Shown here piece after piece: positions 12,867-25,090 of a stretch of 64,000 nucleotides of DNA (position 1 is the stretch's first letter; each line of letters starts with the position of its first letter). Made by a program: the position numbers and the translations under genes. The DNA is from Eledone cirrhosa. Its lineage: Eukaryota. A model generated the notes under the pieces. That model was not told the origin of the DNA. It searched no databases and worked only from the letters and a program-made list of their open reading frames with translations. Location of the stretch: contig OZ024741.1 of the NCBI GenBank assembly GCA_964016885.1, forward strand, positions 228,036,001 through 228,100,000. The letters are read 5' to 3'.

Positions 12867-15079
12867 AATGGACTGTAAACAAATACTACATTGACAACAT
12901 CCGCTCCCACAGACGGACCGACTACAACCACACCAGGGGCAACAGCTGTACAACACCCTCCGCTACACCCCCCAACATCGATCTACCTACCAACGATACT
13001 TCACACCTCGTTACCGACTTAACCGGTACCCTCACCAACGACGAACTCGAACTTCTGCGCCTCGGACCCAAGTTCATCATTACACAGCGTCTCGATGATA
13101 GACTGAAACTCGACATCGAAACCAATTTCTGTCGGACAGCTTATCAACTGAAATGGCTAACCGCCATCCAAAACAACACCGAGATCGATTACAACCCCAC
13201 AACCCACCCCACACTCCCCACGTATCACCTCGACAACCCACTCCACCCCCCACCCACCAACCACGAACTTGACACTAAACTACTCAGGTTGAAACATTCT
13301 ATCTCTAACATCCTTTCCCAACACACACACACACACAACAAACGCAACCTCACCAATGCACAATTTAATACTCTCACCAACCTAAGATCCAGGAACCTTG
13401 TGTACCTTCCCTCTGACAAGGGGAAAGAATTCTGTGTCATCTCGAGAGAGACCTACAACAACTTAGCTCTCCAACATCTTAATGACCACAGCCTCTACTC
13501 CAAAGTCACAGGGACCTCCTCGACTCTAATCGAGGAAGGCATTAACACCATATGGACTAACATCTGTGTCCAACGAAAACTGCCAAAGAAGGTAAAAAAC
13601 AACATAATGACTCGAAACAGCAAATTACCCACCTTCTACCACCTGGTCAAAACACATAAACAAGGACCCGATTTGAAAATCAGGCCCATTGTCTCTAGCG
13701 TGGAGGGCCCACTCTATAAAATATCGTGGCTGCTCTCCACACTACTGAAACCTATTCTACACACACTACCAGCCCACGTCTGCAGCTCAATGGAAGTCTT
13801 GGAGCGACTACACCATCTGGCGCCCAACACCAGAAAGGACAACGGTTATGCCTTCAGTCTTGATGTGGTCTCCCTTTATACCTCCGTACCAGCATCCCCA
13901 GCTGTCGACCTGTTGACCGAACGAGTCCGAGCATCTAACCTACACTGCTTCGGACTCACACACACGGACATCCACCAACTCCTCTCCTTCGTTGTGGATA
14001 ATGCACTCTTCAATTTCCTTGGCCACACGTACAAACAAATCTCTGGGCTACCTATGGGCTCTAGTCTGTCCGGCATACTTGCGATCTCGTACATGGACCA
14101 CCTGGAGCGCAAGGCACTCAATACCTGCCAACCCAACGCCGTCGCCTTCTACTCCAGATACGTTGATGATATCCTGATACTTACTTCTTCCCGGGAGATG
14201 GCGAATGAAATTCACCAAATCTTCAACGATACGGACCAACACATCGATTTCACCATCGAACACCCGGGAGAAGACGGGTCACTCGCCCTCCTCGACTTCC
14301 GTATCAACATCTCGGAACATGGAGACATAAACACCACTTTCTACCGCAAAGCAGCGTGCAAGGACCTATTTGTGCATTATAACTCAGCCCTCCCCAACAA
14401 CGCTAAGAGAGGCTATGTCCTAAATGAACTGACACGGATCACTAACAGATGCAGCGACCCGATGGGTGGTCTCACCCATACCACGCAATTCCGTAATCTA
14501 CTCAGATCTAATGGTTATCCCAAGCGACTGATTAACGGAATTAGAGACCCCAGACCCAGTAGACCGACACCCACTAGAAAACTTAATATTAGCAGGTGCT
14601 TCTTTAAAATCCCCCACCTGAGTGAATGTACCACGAACGCCATCCGCAGGGCCATACGTACGGAGGGACTTGACATACATTTGGCCCACACAGGACCTTC
14701 GCTGCGAAGATGCCTCTCCAACAAACCCTACGAGGCAGATAGGACTTGTTCCCTCAGCAACTGCCCGATACGGGGGGCAGATTGCCTACGCACCTATGTC
14801 GTATATAAGATTCAATGCGATAAATGTAACAAGTTTTACATAGGTAGCACCATCCGACCCCTACATGTTCGTATCAAGGAACATATCAACACCAACGCAT
14901 CTTCCTTCCGTAAACATATCCTCAAATGCGGAAACCCACAGGGTAGACCCTTGGTCACAGTCCTAGCGACTGAACGCAGCATCGGATCCTTAAGGATAAA
15001 GGAAGCACTTGTTATTAAGAACCTCAGACCCCCACTTAACAACCGGGCTGAGAGAAATGAGCTGACATGGCTAATTTAA
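12854..15079 (+). CDS. PLE reverse transcriptase + GIY-YIG endonuclease (C-terminal EN, Cys-rich linker; Neptune/Nematis-like), N-terminally truncated
   Basis: SDKG, IRPIVS, SLDVVSLYT, GLPMGSSLS, RYVDD, LDF; linker CxxxxC..C; VVYKIQCDKCNKFYIGST..R.KEH..EAL..LN. The GTG start lies in the inverted arm, so it is not the native start. Confidence 0.92.
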   Translation: MVVVEWTVNKYYIDNIRSHRRTDYNHTRGNSCTTPSATPPNIDLPTNDTSHLVTDLTGTLTNDELELLRLGPKFIITQRLDDRLKLDIETNFCRTAYQLKWLTAIQNNTEIDYNPTTHPTLPTYHLDNPLHPPPTNHELDTKLLRLKHSISNILSQHTHTHNKRNLTNAQFNTLTNLRSRNLVYLPSDKGKEFCVISRETYNNLALQHLNDHSLYSKVTGTSSTLIEEGINTIWTNICVQRKLPKKVKNNIMTRNSKLPTFYHLVKTHKQGPDLKIRPIVSSVEGPLYKISWLLSTLLKPILHTLPAHVCSSMEVLERLHHLAPNTRKDNGYAFSLDVVSLYTSVPASPAVDLLTERVRASNLHCFGLTHTDIHQLLSFVVDNALFNFLGHTYKQISGLPMGSSLSGILAISYMDHLERKALNTCQPNAVAFYSRYVDDILILTSSREMANEIHQIFNDTDQHIDFTIEHPGEDGSLALLDFRINISEHGDINTTFYRKAACKDLFVHYNSALPNNAKRGYVLNELTRITNRCSDPMGGLTHTTQFRNLLRSNGYPKRLINGIRDPRPSRPTPTRKLNISRCFFKIPHLSECTTNAIRRAIRTEGLDIHLAHTGPSLRRCLSNKPYEADRTCSLSNCPIRGADCLRTYVVYKIQCDKCNKFYIGSTIRPLHVRIKEHINTNASSFRKHILKCGNPQGRPLVTVLATERSIGSLRIKEALVIKNLRPPLNNRAERNELTWLI

Positions 15080-15139
15080 CCATAATGACCATTCACAGCC
15101 TACGGCCTGTTATATTCACACACACGCACGTATATGCAT

Positions 15140-15414
15140 ACCCATACGCATGCACACACACTTCTATATTTTACACGCACACATGTTTTTACAACCTACC
15201 ACCTTTCACACCCTTTGATTTCCAGCTTCTACAGCCCACTATCTTTCACACACAAACGCACTCACACATATACATACACAGTTACACACACACATGTATA
15301 CCCATACGCTTACACACACACACTTCTATATTTATACACGCACACATATTTTACAACCTACCACCTTTCACACCCTTTGATTTCCAACTTCTACAGCCCA
15401 CTATCTTTCACACA
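15140..15414 (+). repeat. ~160-bp tandem duplication in the PLE 3' UTR (mirrored at ~10371-10645)
   Basis: ACCCATACGC...TTTTACAACCTACCACCTTTCACACCCTTTGATTTCC..CTACAGCCCACTATCTTTCAC occurs twice. Confidence 0.85.
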
Positions 15415-15686
15415 CACACACACTCACACATATACACACTTACACCTATACACACACAGTCACACACACATATATATTTACATACACATATCTTAAGGCT
15501 TTCACACGCTAACGCACCCTCTTGATTTAACCCATTTGGTCAGTAGCTTTTGCCACAGCTTATCACGCGCACGCGCATTCTCTCCCTCGTTTAAATTTTA
15601 AATATTTTCTCCCCATAACGGCATTCCTGTCTTAACGACACCAACACTTTCTCCGCTTGGCCTGTTTTCCCCCCTTTTGGAACTTT

Positions 15687-15722
15687 TCCCCCGTTGATGG
15701 GCGTGAGCCCGAAATATTGGGA
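15687..15722 (+). ncRNA. Minimal type I hammerhead-like motif in the PLE 3' UTR (mirror copy 10063-10098 on minus)
   Basis: Stem I TCCC/GGGA, core CCGTTGA+T, stem II GGGC-GTGA-GCCC, GAAA, palindromic stem III ATAT, predicted cleavage after AUU. Confidence 0.6.
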
Positions 15723-15918
15723 TTAAAATCTCTACTACGGTAACCCTTTCTACCTTTGTTTTGTTTTCATCTTTGTCTCTCTCAACTTTCACTTTCACCT
15801 GTTTTTCCTATCTATATTTCACTTCCTACCTCGAGATTTCCCTTTGCATTGTTGTGGCTTTCTTAAATACGTATTTTTACACATTTCACAATGCTTCAAG
15901 CAAACTTTAACACCCTCT

Positions 15919-16043
15919 TATATATATATATATATATACATATATGTATATATATACACATATCTACACACATATATAAACACACTCATGTATATACACA
16001 CATACACATACATACCCACACATATATATATATATATACATAT

Positions 16044-16119
<76 letters not shown>

Positions 16120-16178
16120 ATACACACATATACACATACACATATACAAAGATATATATACATACACACACACATATA

Positions 16179-16231
<53 letters not shown>

Positions 16232-16517
16232 TATACATACATACACACACATACATACTCATACATAGACATACATATATACACACATACATACACACAT
16301 ACATATACGCATATATACACATACATACACATCCATGTATGCGTATATACATACAAACACCACCACACGCTCACACAACTCAGACATACATAAATAAAGG
16401 GATATACATACACATATATACATATATAAATAGAGATACATATACACATATAAATATATACACACGTACACACACACACACACATACATACACATACATA
16501 CATACATACATATATAT

Positions 16518-16566
<49 letters not shown>

Positions 16567-16727
16567 TATATATATATATACATATATATAAAAAAATAAA
16601 GAAATAAAAGAAATAAATAAATAAATTAATTAATACACACAGTCAGACAAATATGCACACACATACATATACATATATATATACATACATATACATACAT
16701 ATATATATATACATACACACATCAACT

Positions 16728-16767
<40 letters not shown>

Positions 16768-16881
16768 GCACTCACATATACATGCGCACATACGTACATA
16801 TATACACATACACACATATACACATAGACGTATACATGTGCATACATATACATACACACATATACCCACATAAATACATAG

Positions 16882-16920
<39 letters not shown>

Positions 16921-17050
16921 TATATACACATATATATATATATATACACACAATCATACACCCTTATTTACATGCGCACATATGTATTTTTATATTCACA
17001 TACAAACACCCAAACATACATACCTACCTACATATACATACATACATCCA
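15919..17050. repeat. (TA)n/(CA)n microsatellite field
   Basis: Direct reading. Confidence 0.95.
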
Positions 17051-17434
17051 CGCTTACAAATACAAATAATAATAGGGGGCGGAGGGGGGGGGGATTATAG
17101 TAAATATAGGTTTCAAGAAACATAGAATATTAATCTGCATTTAGATCATATGTGTTTACATAGTAGTTTCAGTATTAGGAAATGTAAGAAAGAAGGCAAA
17201 ATTATGCATTTTAATATAAGTAGACTATTAATTATAGGTTAACTAAATTAAAGATAGTTAATATATTGATTTCTAAGGTGTATACTACTTAGGTTTATAA
17301 TATTTGAAGCGGAATTTTGAAGTTAAATAGTAGTAGAGTATTAATTATAGTTATATATATATATATATATAAAGGGTATTTATATATATATAGAGTATAT
17401 ATATATAGAGCATATGTAGAGTATTAATTATAGT

Positions 17435-17465
<31 letters not shown>

Positions 17466-17704
17466 GGTATTTATATATATATATATATATATATAAAAGG
17501 TGACCACAAAAACACTCCTTGATTTCAAATACTTATAAACTGGACCGAGCTTGATTATCCCTTTGAGGTTTGCTGAACATTAAAAGCAGCACACATCGAG
17601 TGTCTATTATATCAACCAATACCACATAAAACTTTGTTAGTGTATGTAACTGTATCCACCAATATTGTAAGAATATTCATTTACGTTTTCATATTATAAG
17701 TATA

Positions 17705-17852
17705 TCTATATATATATATATAATTATTTGTCTCTCTGTCTGTCTGTTTCTATGCATTCTCAAACGCCTGGACCAAATCAAATCAAATTTTACTGTTTAC
17801 TAATCTCAATAAGAACAGAAGTAACCCGGGCAACGCCGGGTAATTCAGTTAG
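17705..17852 (+). mobile_element. Non-autonomous Helitron-like element
   Basis: A|TC 5' end, (CTGT)n, subterminal hairpin ACCCGG-GCAACG-CCGGGT, ends TTAG|T (CTAG-like). Confidence 0.6.
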
Positions 17853-18035
17853 TATAACTATATATATTCACAACAAATTAGCAAACCATTCTCGAGTATG
17901 GTTTGCTAATTTTCTATGAAACCAACTTTATACCGGACTCGTCCTATGGACTGAATGCACTACTTACTATGGATATAACCTCCCGGTGTTTTACCTCTCT
18001 ATATATACATACATACATACATACATACATAAATG

Positions 18036-18077
<42 letters not shown>

Positions 18078-18088
<11 letters not shown>

Positions 18089-18503
18089 GTGTGTATGATT
18101 GTGTATAGAAGATTATATTAATAAAAGGAATTCCAACTTTGTCTGATTTACTCGTTTTATTTACAATCCTTTAAAATTTATAATGGTATTAGAACGAAAT
18201 AGTATGGTAGAATATTAAATGTTAAGTGTTATTTGAACAAGTACTTTCATGCTTTCGAAATCTTCAGGTTCATATTGTGTGGTGACAGTCAAGATTGCAA
18301 TTTTCAACTGTCAGTTGAAAATTGCAATCTTGACTGTCACCACACATTATGAACCTGAAGATTGCGAAAGCATCAAAGTGCTTGTTCAATTAACACTTAA
18401 CATTTAATATTCTACCATACTATTTCATTCTAATACCATTATAAATTTTAAAGGATTGTAAATAAAACGAGTAAATCAGACAAAGTTGGAATTCCTTTTA
18501 TTA

Positions 18504-18508
<5 letters not shown>
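18078..18508 (-). mobile_element. Fold-back PLE 3'-end relic (palindrome 18114-18508 centred on 18311, ~35-nt tail on left)
   Basis: ~197-bp near-perfect inverted arms in (TA)n, with a hammerhead motif in each arm. Confidence 0.8.
18350..18388 (+). ncRNA. Type I hammerhead motif (mirror copy 18234-18272 on minus)
   Basis: Consensus of arms: TGAAC-CTGAAGA-T TGC GAAA GCA T-GAAA-GTAC-TT-GTTCA. The plus copy has G12>C; the minus copy has a stem II mismatch. Confidence 0.7.
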
Positions 18509-18540
<32 letters not shown>

Positions 18541-18740
18541 TAATGATATGGTATCATATGATATTCTCGATCAAATGGTCAAAAAGGCGACACTTCCGAA
18601 ACATCTCAACTCAATGTATATTAAATACATATATTAATTAAGATTTCGTCCTTACACCTGACTCACTATTTCGCTGTGGTACCTAAGTAACATCGGATGT
18701 GAAAATATTCAACTTAACATGTTTCATTTCATTTATACAG

Positions 18741-18852
18741 GTCATCTATAAAAACAATGAAAATAATTATCACTTTAAAAACCAAACACCACTGGGAGAA
18801 AAGTTGGAACAATCAATAAAACAACCTAAAATTGGGATAACGGAAATCGCAG
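18741..18852 (+). CDS. Candidate host exon (unverified)
   Basis: Pyrimidine-rich TTTCATTTCATTTATACAG acceptor, CAG|GTATGA donor, 112 nt open in phase 0 (VIYKNNENNYHF..ITEIA); no recognisable homology. Confidence 0.25.
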
Positions 18853-19089
18853 GTATGACCATATTTGGAATCTAAATGTAGTACCCGTTTACAATAGAAG
18901 GAATGAACGACCGAAATATCTTTTATATTGAAGTAATACGTATGACAGGTGGGGGTTGTATTGGTGTTGGTAGGAATCAATATCTCAGTCTAAATGTGGG
19001 CTGAGCTTATGGATGTTATCCAACTATCTCACTTTTTAGTTGCCCTTTATTTAAAACCTCCTTACTTAAATACACAGAGGAACATATAT

Positions 19090-19380
19090 ATATACCAGGT
19101 CCGAATGCAAATGAACCAAACTCTCACTGTCATTGCCTCCGTCTCTCTCGTTCTCCCGATCACTTCTGAACAAATGGGGCCCACGCGCTGGCCGCCTCAC
19201 GGTCCAGGCGGACAGAATGGAGAAGGCGTTTCCCCGGAGGATGGTGAGGGAAACGCATTGGAAGAGCAATTCCATCTCGCCAGGCTCACACCTGCGGGTA
19301 GTCAACTTTGTGCCAATTGTGGTGAGCAGGGAGGTGGCCCTAGGGCCAAGGGCACCATACCTCTTAGGTTTAAAGAAGCC
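19090..19380 (-). mobile_element. CRE-clade non-LTR retrotransposon 3' fragment (RLE C-terminus)
   Basis: GALGPRATSLLTTIG..LLFQCVSLTILRGNAFSIL matches the CRE motif G.WG..A...L.QR.S.AI.RGNA.SI. Confidence 0.7.
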
Positions 19381-20199
19381 TTAATATCTCTAAACCTCGT
19401 TACCCTTCACAGAATGTATTTGAACATATTTTAATGAGAAAGAAATATAGATATATTCATTATTGAAAGGACAATATACAAGTTTCGAATAAATTAGTTT
19501 AGTTAATTTCCAGTTGTTCAAGTGTGTTACCTCGATCTGGTATCATAAGTTTTATGTAAATAATAGTAATACAGTTATACATACATATACATTATACGTG
19601 TCTGTAAGAGATAGAATGCGTATGTGTGTGTGTAAGCGCGCGCGCGCGCGCGCGTGTGTGTACGGATGTATGAAAGTGCGTGGTTAGATTAGTGTGATTG
19701 ACTCATATCTAATGGTCTTGAGTTTGATTCCCAGCGGCCCTTATTCCATGAGCAAGACATTTTATTTTACATTTTCCCAATCTATTCAGCCGGCAAAAAA
19801 AGAGTTGTACCTGCAATGCAAATGACCAGCTGTGTTATGCACAAAATTCCCTTGAGTACTACGTTAAGAGCGCACATGTCTATAGAATGTTCAGCCACTT
19901 ACATCTATATATATTGTGAATCGTATACTCAAAACGTTATAACTCTATCATGGGCTCGTTGCCAAAGAGAGAAGAGGCACTGGATGGCATCCACCTTATT
20001 TCCCTATTTTTCAATAGTGCACCTGAAGAAGGGAATTTTAAGTCCCGAAATATTAGGACGAAAGAAATAACAGCAAAAAAACAACAAAAAAAAAAACAAC
20101 AACAAAGATTACCAGGTAACTAACTTTTTCGTTACCTTCATCTTGTCGTCCATTTTGCATTATACTACTTTGCCTTATATCACTTTCCACATTAAAAAA

Positions 20200-20640
20200 C
20201 ATAAAACTCGTACTGAAATATATTCTTTGAATTAAAATGCCCGTCCAGAATATCCTGAAGCCCACAACCTTCCGATCACCTAAGCCGGGCTATATTTCTG
20301 CTCAGCCAGTCTACACATTGTAAACTAGAATGAAATTGCAAGCTGTTGAAGTATCGGCCTCTTTCCAATAGGTTTACCGTTAAATCCGAAGCAGTGGAGA
20401 CTTCTGGCGTTTTTTGGTTCCCACACCACTCCCCTACACATTGCTATCGGAGCGGTATTGGTCACTAACAAGAGTGATGCTTGCGATTTGGGATGGTTAT
20501 TTTAACACAACTCCTTCGCTATCCTCCGGAGTAACGCTTCCTCCATACTGTGCGCTGGTTCCACAAGGCAGCTCGTGTCTGATGCTCTCCACGCCAAGAA
20601 ACGTCTCCACACTGTCCCGGTTCGTATCATTCGGGTTACG
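20200..20640 (+). mobile_element. Degraded CRE-clade 3' fragment
   Basis: Frameshifted AVETSGVF(G) and SFAILRSNASSIL motifs. Confidence 0.6.
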
Positions 20641-21555
20641 ATGATATACAGGCATACATACACAACAATTTTTGTGGACATTCATCAGTCTTATACATTT
20701 TATAGTAAAGGAATAATTCTAAATACATACTTTAATAAATGTCTCCTTTTTAGAGGTGGCCACTTCCCAAATCATTGAGCCATAAATAAATTATATTGGC
20801 CAATATGTTTATGCCTCCAATCATACTTACTTAGACATGAAATATTTTACAAACACTGAAACAAATAAATGTTATTATTCAAAGTTAAAAAAATCGCCCA
20901 TATTTCTGTTATATGTTAATTTGATTTGTGTTCGTGTGTTTGAGTGTATGCGTGTATGTGTGTATGTGTGTGTGTGTGTGGTGCATGTATGTGTGTTTGT
21001 GTGTGTTTGTTGTATAAAAATATGGAGGTATAGTGTGGTTGTATATATTCTACAATACACCGTTTTTGTTGTTTTTAATGATACCTTGTTTTAATGGCGA
21101 TAAAAATTGGAAAATGATGCTTCGATTTAGTAGAGTGGTACCTAGCCAAAATGATAGTAGTGAGGGTTCATGAGTTACGTTTGCAAGTACTCGCAATACA
21201 GCTGTTATAAATTAAATCATTTAGAAATTTACAGGAATATTCTAATATTTTTAGTCTTTTTTTACAATTTAATCTACGCTTAAAATTGTCTGCCATTAAA
21301 CTTGAAATTTTGAACATAGTATCAACAAAGTAGCATCATCCATCTCATTGAACGAGTAAGACTTGTTTTGTTTTTAAACATTCACCAATTCTTCAATTAC
21401 ATTCACCAATTTTTCTCGGCTCATCAGCAATGATTATTTCATCCGCTTTATGGAGAGAGAGGGAGGGAGAGGGAGGGAGAGGGGAGAGGGAGGGAGAGGG
21501 GAGAGAGAGAGGGCAGAGAGAAGGAGAGAGATAGGGGGAGCTTATATCTACTTGT

Positions 21556-21720
21556 TAATAATTGTTTCTAGTTTTGGCACAAGGCCAGCAATTATCCCAG
21601 TGCATTACTTTATTTTATCGACCCCGTAAGGATGAAATGCAAAGTTATCCTTGGCGGCATTTGAACTCAGAACGTAAAGGGCCGTAACTCTATGCTGTAA
21701 AGCATGGCGTCCGACACTTG
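21556..21720 (-). mobile_element. SINE copy
   Basis: Reverse complement of SINE core and tail. Confidence 0.8.
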
Positions 21721-22118
21721 TTAATAATGCTACACTGTTTTTGTTCATTTGCGTATAGGTACATATCTATAGTTTCGTCGGTGACTTGCGTTAATTAAAA
21801 ACAAACAAAAAAAAAATGTTTATGCAAATGAGTAAGATCAACACAAGTTCCTCATAGAATATTCATAAGTGGCTTTAAGCTATTCTATCCGCACCCATAT
21901 CTCTGTAGATTGAATTACGCAAACACTAGTGATGAACAGATAACAATCTGGGAAACCAGTCAAGCTGCCCTATCTTTATCCTGGTCTGCAGAGAGAACCA
22001 TCTAGTTCAAGGCACTATGTCAATTTACACTGCTTGGCTAAAAAAATGTGTTTATTAAAGGTACAACTGTAAACTTACTTACGTGTTATACACTTACACT
22101 CTATGTATTTTAGTTAAT

Positions 22119-22149
<31 letters not shown>

Positions 22150-22325
22150 GGCATGCATGCACGCACACACACATACACACAAACACGCACACACACGCAC
22201 ACACATATATATATATGCTGACCCAGTATGTGACACACGGACACTGCTTTCGCTCATTTGCATATAAATACATTAATTACACACACACACACACACACAC
22301 TCACACATATGTAAATATATATATA

Positions 22326-23350
22326 AGAGGGTCGACTGAAAAGTTCATAGGCTGACCAAGATATTCTTTAAAAGCTCCATGCTTCCTGAAATTCGCCAAC
22401 ACTACACCTGATACCCCCCCCCCCCCCTCCATACACACGCACATGTGAATATCATGGCTCATACACTGTTCACTTTCCTGACATTTGCACATTATTCTAT
22501 GTACTATACATGCACCTTTGATGAGTTGTAGTGCAACTGAGCACTGTACACAATACTTTCATTATTATTAATAGGGCGGTGGATTGGCAGTATCGGTAGA
22601 GGGTCGGACGCCATGCTTTGAAGAATAGAGTTACCTCCCTTTATGATCTGAGTTCAAATCCCGCCGAGGTTAATTTTGCCTTTCATCCTTACGGGGTCGA
22701 TAAAATAAAGTACCAGTAATGCACTGGGTATTTGCTGGCCTTGTGCCAAAAGTAGAAACAATTATTATTAATAATATTGGATGGTGGATTGGCAGTATCG
22801 GTAGAGAGTCGGACGCCATGCTTTGACGCATAGAGTTACGGCCCTTGCCATTCTGAGTTCAAATCCCGCCGAGGTTAACTTTGCCTTTCATCCTTACGGG
22901 GTCGATAAAATAAAGTACCAGTAATGCACTGAGTAATTGCTGGCCTTGTGCCAAAAGTAGAAACAATTATTATTAATAATATTGGATGGTGGATTGGCAG
23001 TATCGGTAGAGAGTCGGACGCCATGCTTTGACGCATAGAGTTACGGCCCTTGCCATTCTGAGTTCAAATCCCGCCGAGGTTAACTTTGCCTTTCATCCTT
23101 ACGGGGTCGATAAAATAAAGTACCAGTAATGCACTGAGTAATTGCTGGCCTTGTGCCAAAAGTAGAAACAATTATTATTAATATTATTATCATGAAATTA
23201 CCAAATGTGGTTTATTTTTCAACATAGTCCGTGGAAAGAAACAATGTAGTTAGTAATGAGAAGAGTTTTAATGAATGCATGCAAGATTTCACAAGTCTAG
23301 TATCACTCCTTCATAGTCAGCCTATGAACTTTCTGCAAAGAAAGCCCCGT
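22326..23350. mobile_element. Tc1/mariner-like MITE interrupted by a SINE trimer
   Basis: TIR remnants AAAGTTCATAGGCTGAC (22340-22356) and GTCAGCCTATGAACTTT (23316-23332). Confidence 0.5.
22573..23190 (+). mobile_element. Three head-to-tail full-length SINEs (~200 bp); copies 2 and 3 appear identical
   Basis: A-box TGGCAGTATCGG, B-box GAGTTCAAATCC, Meta-like core, (ATT)n junctions. Confidence 0.9.
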
Positions 23351-23489
23351 GATTTATCAAACAAACGTTTGTAACTTTGTTTACATCTTATTTGTGTATG
23401 TGTATGTGTTTGTATGTATATGCGTACATGTGTGTGTGTATGCGTGTGTGTGTGTGTGTACACTCGTATTATAAATTATCTCTTGTTAT

Positions 23490-24070
23490 GAATAATTGTT
23501 TCTACTTTTGACACAAGGCCAGCAATTATTCCAGTGCATTACGGGTACTTTATTTTATCGACCCCCCTAGGATGAAAGGCAAAGTTAACCTCGGCGGGAT
23601 TTGAACTCAGATCATAAAGGGAGGTAACTCTATGCTTCAAAGCATGGCGTCCGACTCTCTACCGATACTGCCAATCCACCACTAATTTATCGGACATGCT
23701 TTCCGGCATAGTTACGTCCCTTTACAGTCTGAGTTCAAATCCCGCCGAGGTTAACTTTGCCTTTCATCCTTACGAGGTCGATAAAATAAAGTACCAGTAA
23801 TGTACTGGGTATGTGCTGGCCTTGTGCCAAAAGTAGAAACAATTATAATTGACCTATTATAAGGGCGATGGATTGGCAGAATCGGTAGAGGGTCGGACAC
23901 CATGCTTTGCAGCATAGAGTTACGCTGATTTACGATTTGAGTTCAAATGTCACCGATGTTAACTTTGCCTTTCATCTTTACGGGGTCGATAAAATAAAGC
24001 ACCATAACGTACTGGGATAATTGCTGGCCTTGTGCCAAAAGTAGCAACAATTATAATTGAACTATTATTA
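23490..24070. mobile_element. SINE cluster: one minus copy (23490-23681) and two plus copies (23690-23850, 23862-24070)
   Basis: Same head, core and tail motifs. Confidence 0.85.
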
Positions 24071-24320
24071 AACTGGTCAACACACTTTCTGCTGACTTAG
24101 GTTTTGGTGTAGTTTATAGCATTATTTTGAGGTGCTGATTTTAAATATGACATCCATTTTTTCCTAACACATCAAGTTTCCATATCTTTGATCAAGTGTA
24201 AACTTGACGTGACAAAAAAAAAGTATTGTTATTTTAAAATTCAGCGGTCCCAAATTAGGAAAGAACATGTCTCAAACGTAGGTCAGCAGAAAATGAGCAA
24301 AATTTTGTTGACCAGTGTTA
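24070..24320. mobile_element. MITE with terminal inverted repeats
   Basis: ACTGGTCAACA..TTTCTGCTGAC and GTCAGCAGAAA..TGTTGACCAGT. Confidence 0.55.
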
Positions 24321-24489
24321 TTGGTAACTGACAAAATCGATGGTGTGTCATACAAAATGTGTTTTATTGTTTATTTAATATCTGATGGTTTTGTGTTTAA
24401 ATCCTAATGTGGCTAACAAAGTAGATTGTATCAACTAAGACCCCATTCCCAAGATGTGTGCTCTTATGCCTAATTTATAGATCATTATT

Positions 24490-24628
24490 ACTACGTCCCT
24501 TTACGATCTGAGTTCAAATCCTGCCGAGGTTAACTTTGCCTTTCATCCTTACGGGGTCGATAAAATAAAGTACCAGTAATGCACTGGGTAATTGCTGGCC
24601 TTGTGCCTAAAGTAGAAACAATTATTAC
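24490..24628 (+). mobile_element. 5'-truncated SINE
   Basis: B-box, core and tail. Confidence 0.85.
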
Positions 24629-25090
24629 TACTAGCAGAAAACCCCCGAAGGGTGGTTTTCTGCTAGCATGTGTAGTGTGCATATTGATATTATACGCAAA
24701 TATATATGCATGTAGATATGATACGTCAAATAAAATTGTAATTGACAATATGCACAGAAATTGAAATGAGACTGTGTTACACTCTCTTCCGTAATCAATA
24801 AAATAATCCATCATACATTTAAAAAAGACGATATTATATATAAACTGCATTACGGTGAAATCTAATGAAAACGGCAAAGGAGAAAATTACCGACAGAAAT
24901 ATATGAACGTTTATATAAGCGATGTAATAAGTGTTATGATATAACGGACGCTAACCGGAAGTGTAGACATTTGAAAATTTTAAAAGAAGTAAAACTTAAA
25001 ATAAGCAATAATTATATATAAGAATATTTATGTTTAATCAACAGCTACGAAATTTAGTACAAAAATTATGTAATATTCATTCATTATTTA

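Larger units (their letters stand above)
9906..15918 (+). mobile_element. Penelope-like element, 5'-truncated, duplicated as an inverted repeat (arms 9906-12866 and 12919-15879, 52-bp spacer, tail 15880-15918) within (TA)n/(CA)n
   Basis: Mirror coordinates sum to 25785; paired ORFs on the two arms have identical translations; RT and C-terminal GIY-YIG domains. Confidence 0.95.

Noticed and set aside
12854-12931. Overlapping GTG starts suggesting two divergent 741-aa genes
   Set aside because: Both starts lie in the opposite inverted arm; the element is 5'-truncated and no native start is visible.
12854-15918. Selenoprotein-type (Naiad) PLE
   Set aside because: The endonuclease is C-terminal and the ORF has no in-frame TGA.
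22573-22670. tRNA gene suggested by A/B boxes
   Set aside because: No cloverleaf; it is the SINE head.
22573-23190. CRISPR-like repeat array
   Set aside because: ~200-bp SINE units without unique spacers, in a eukaryotic context.
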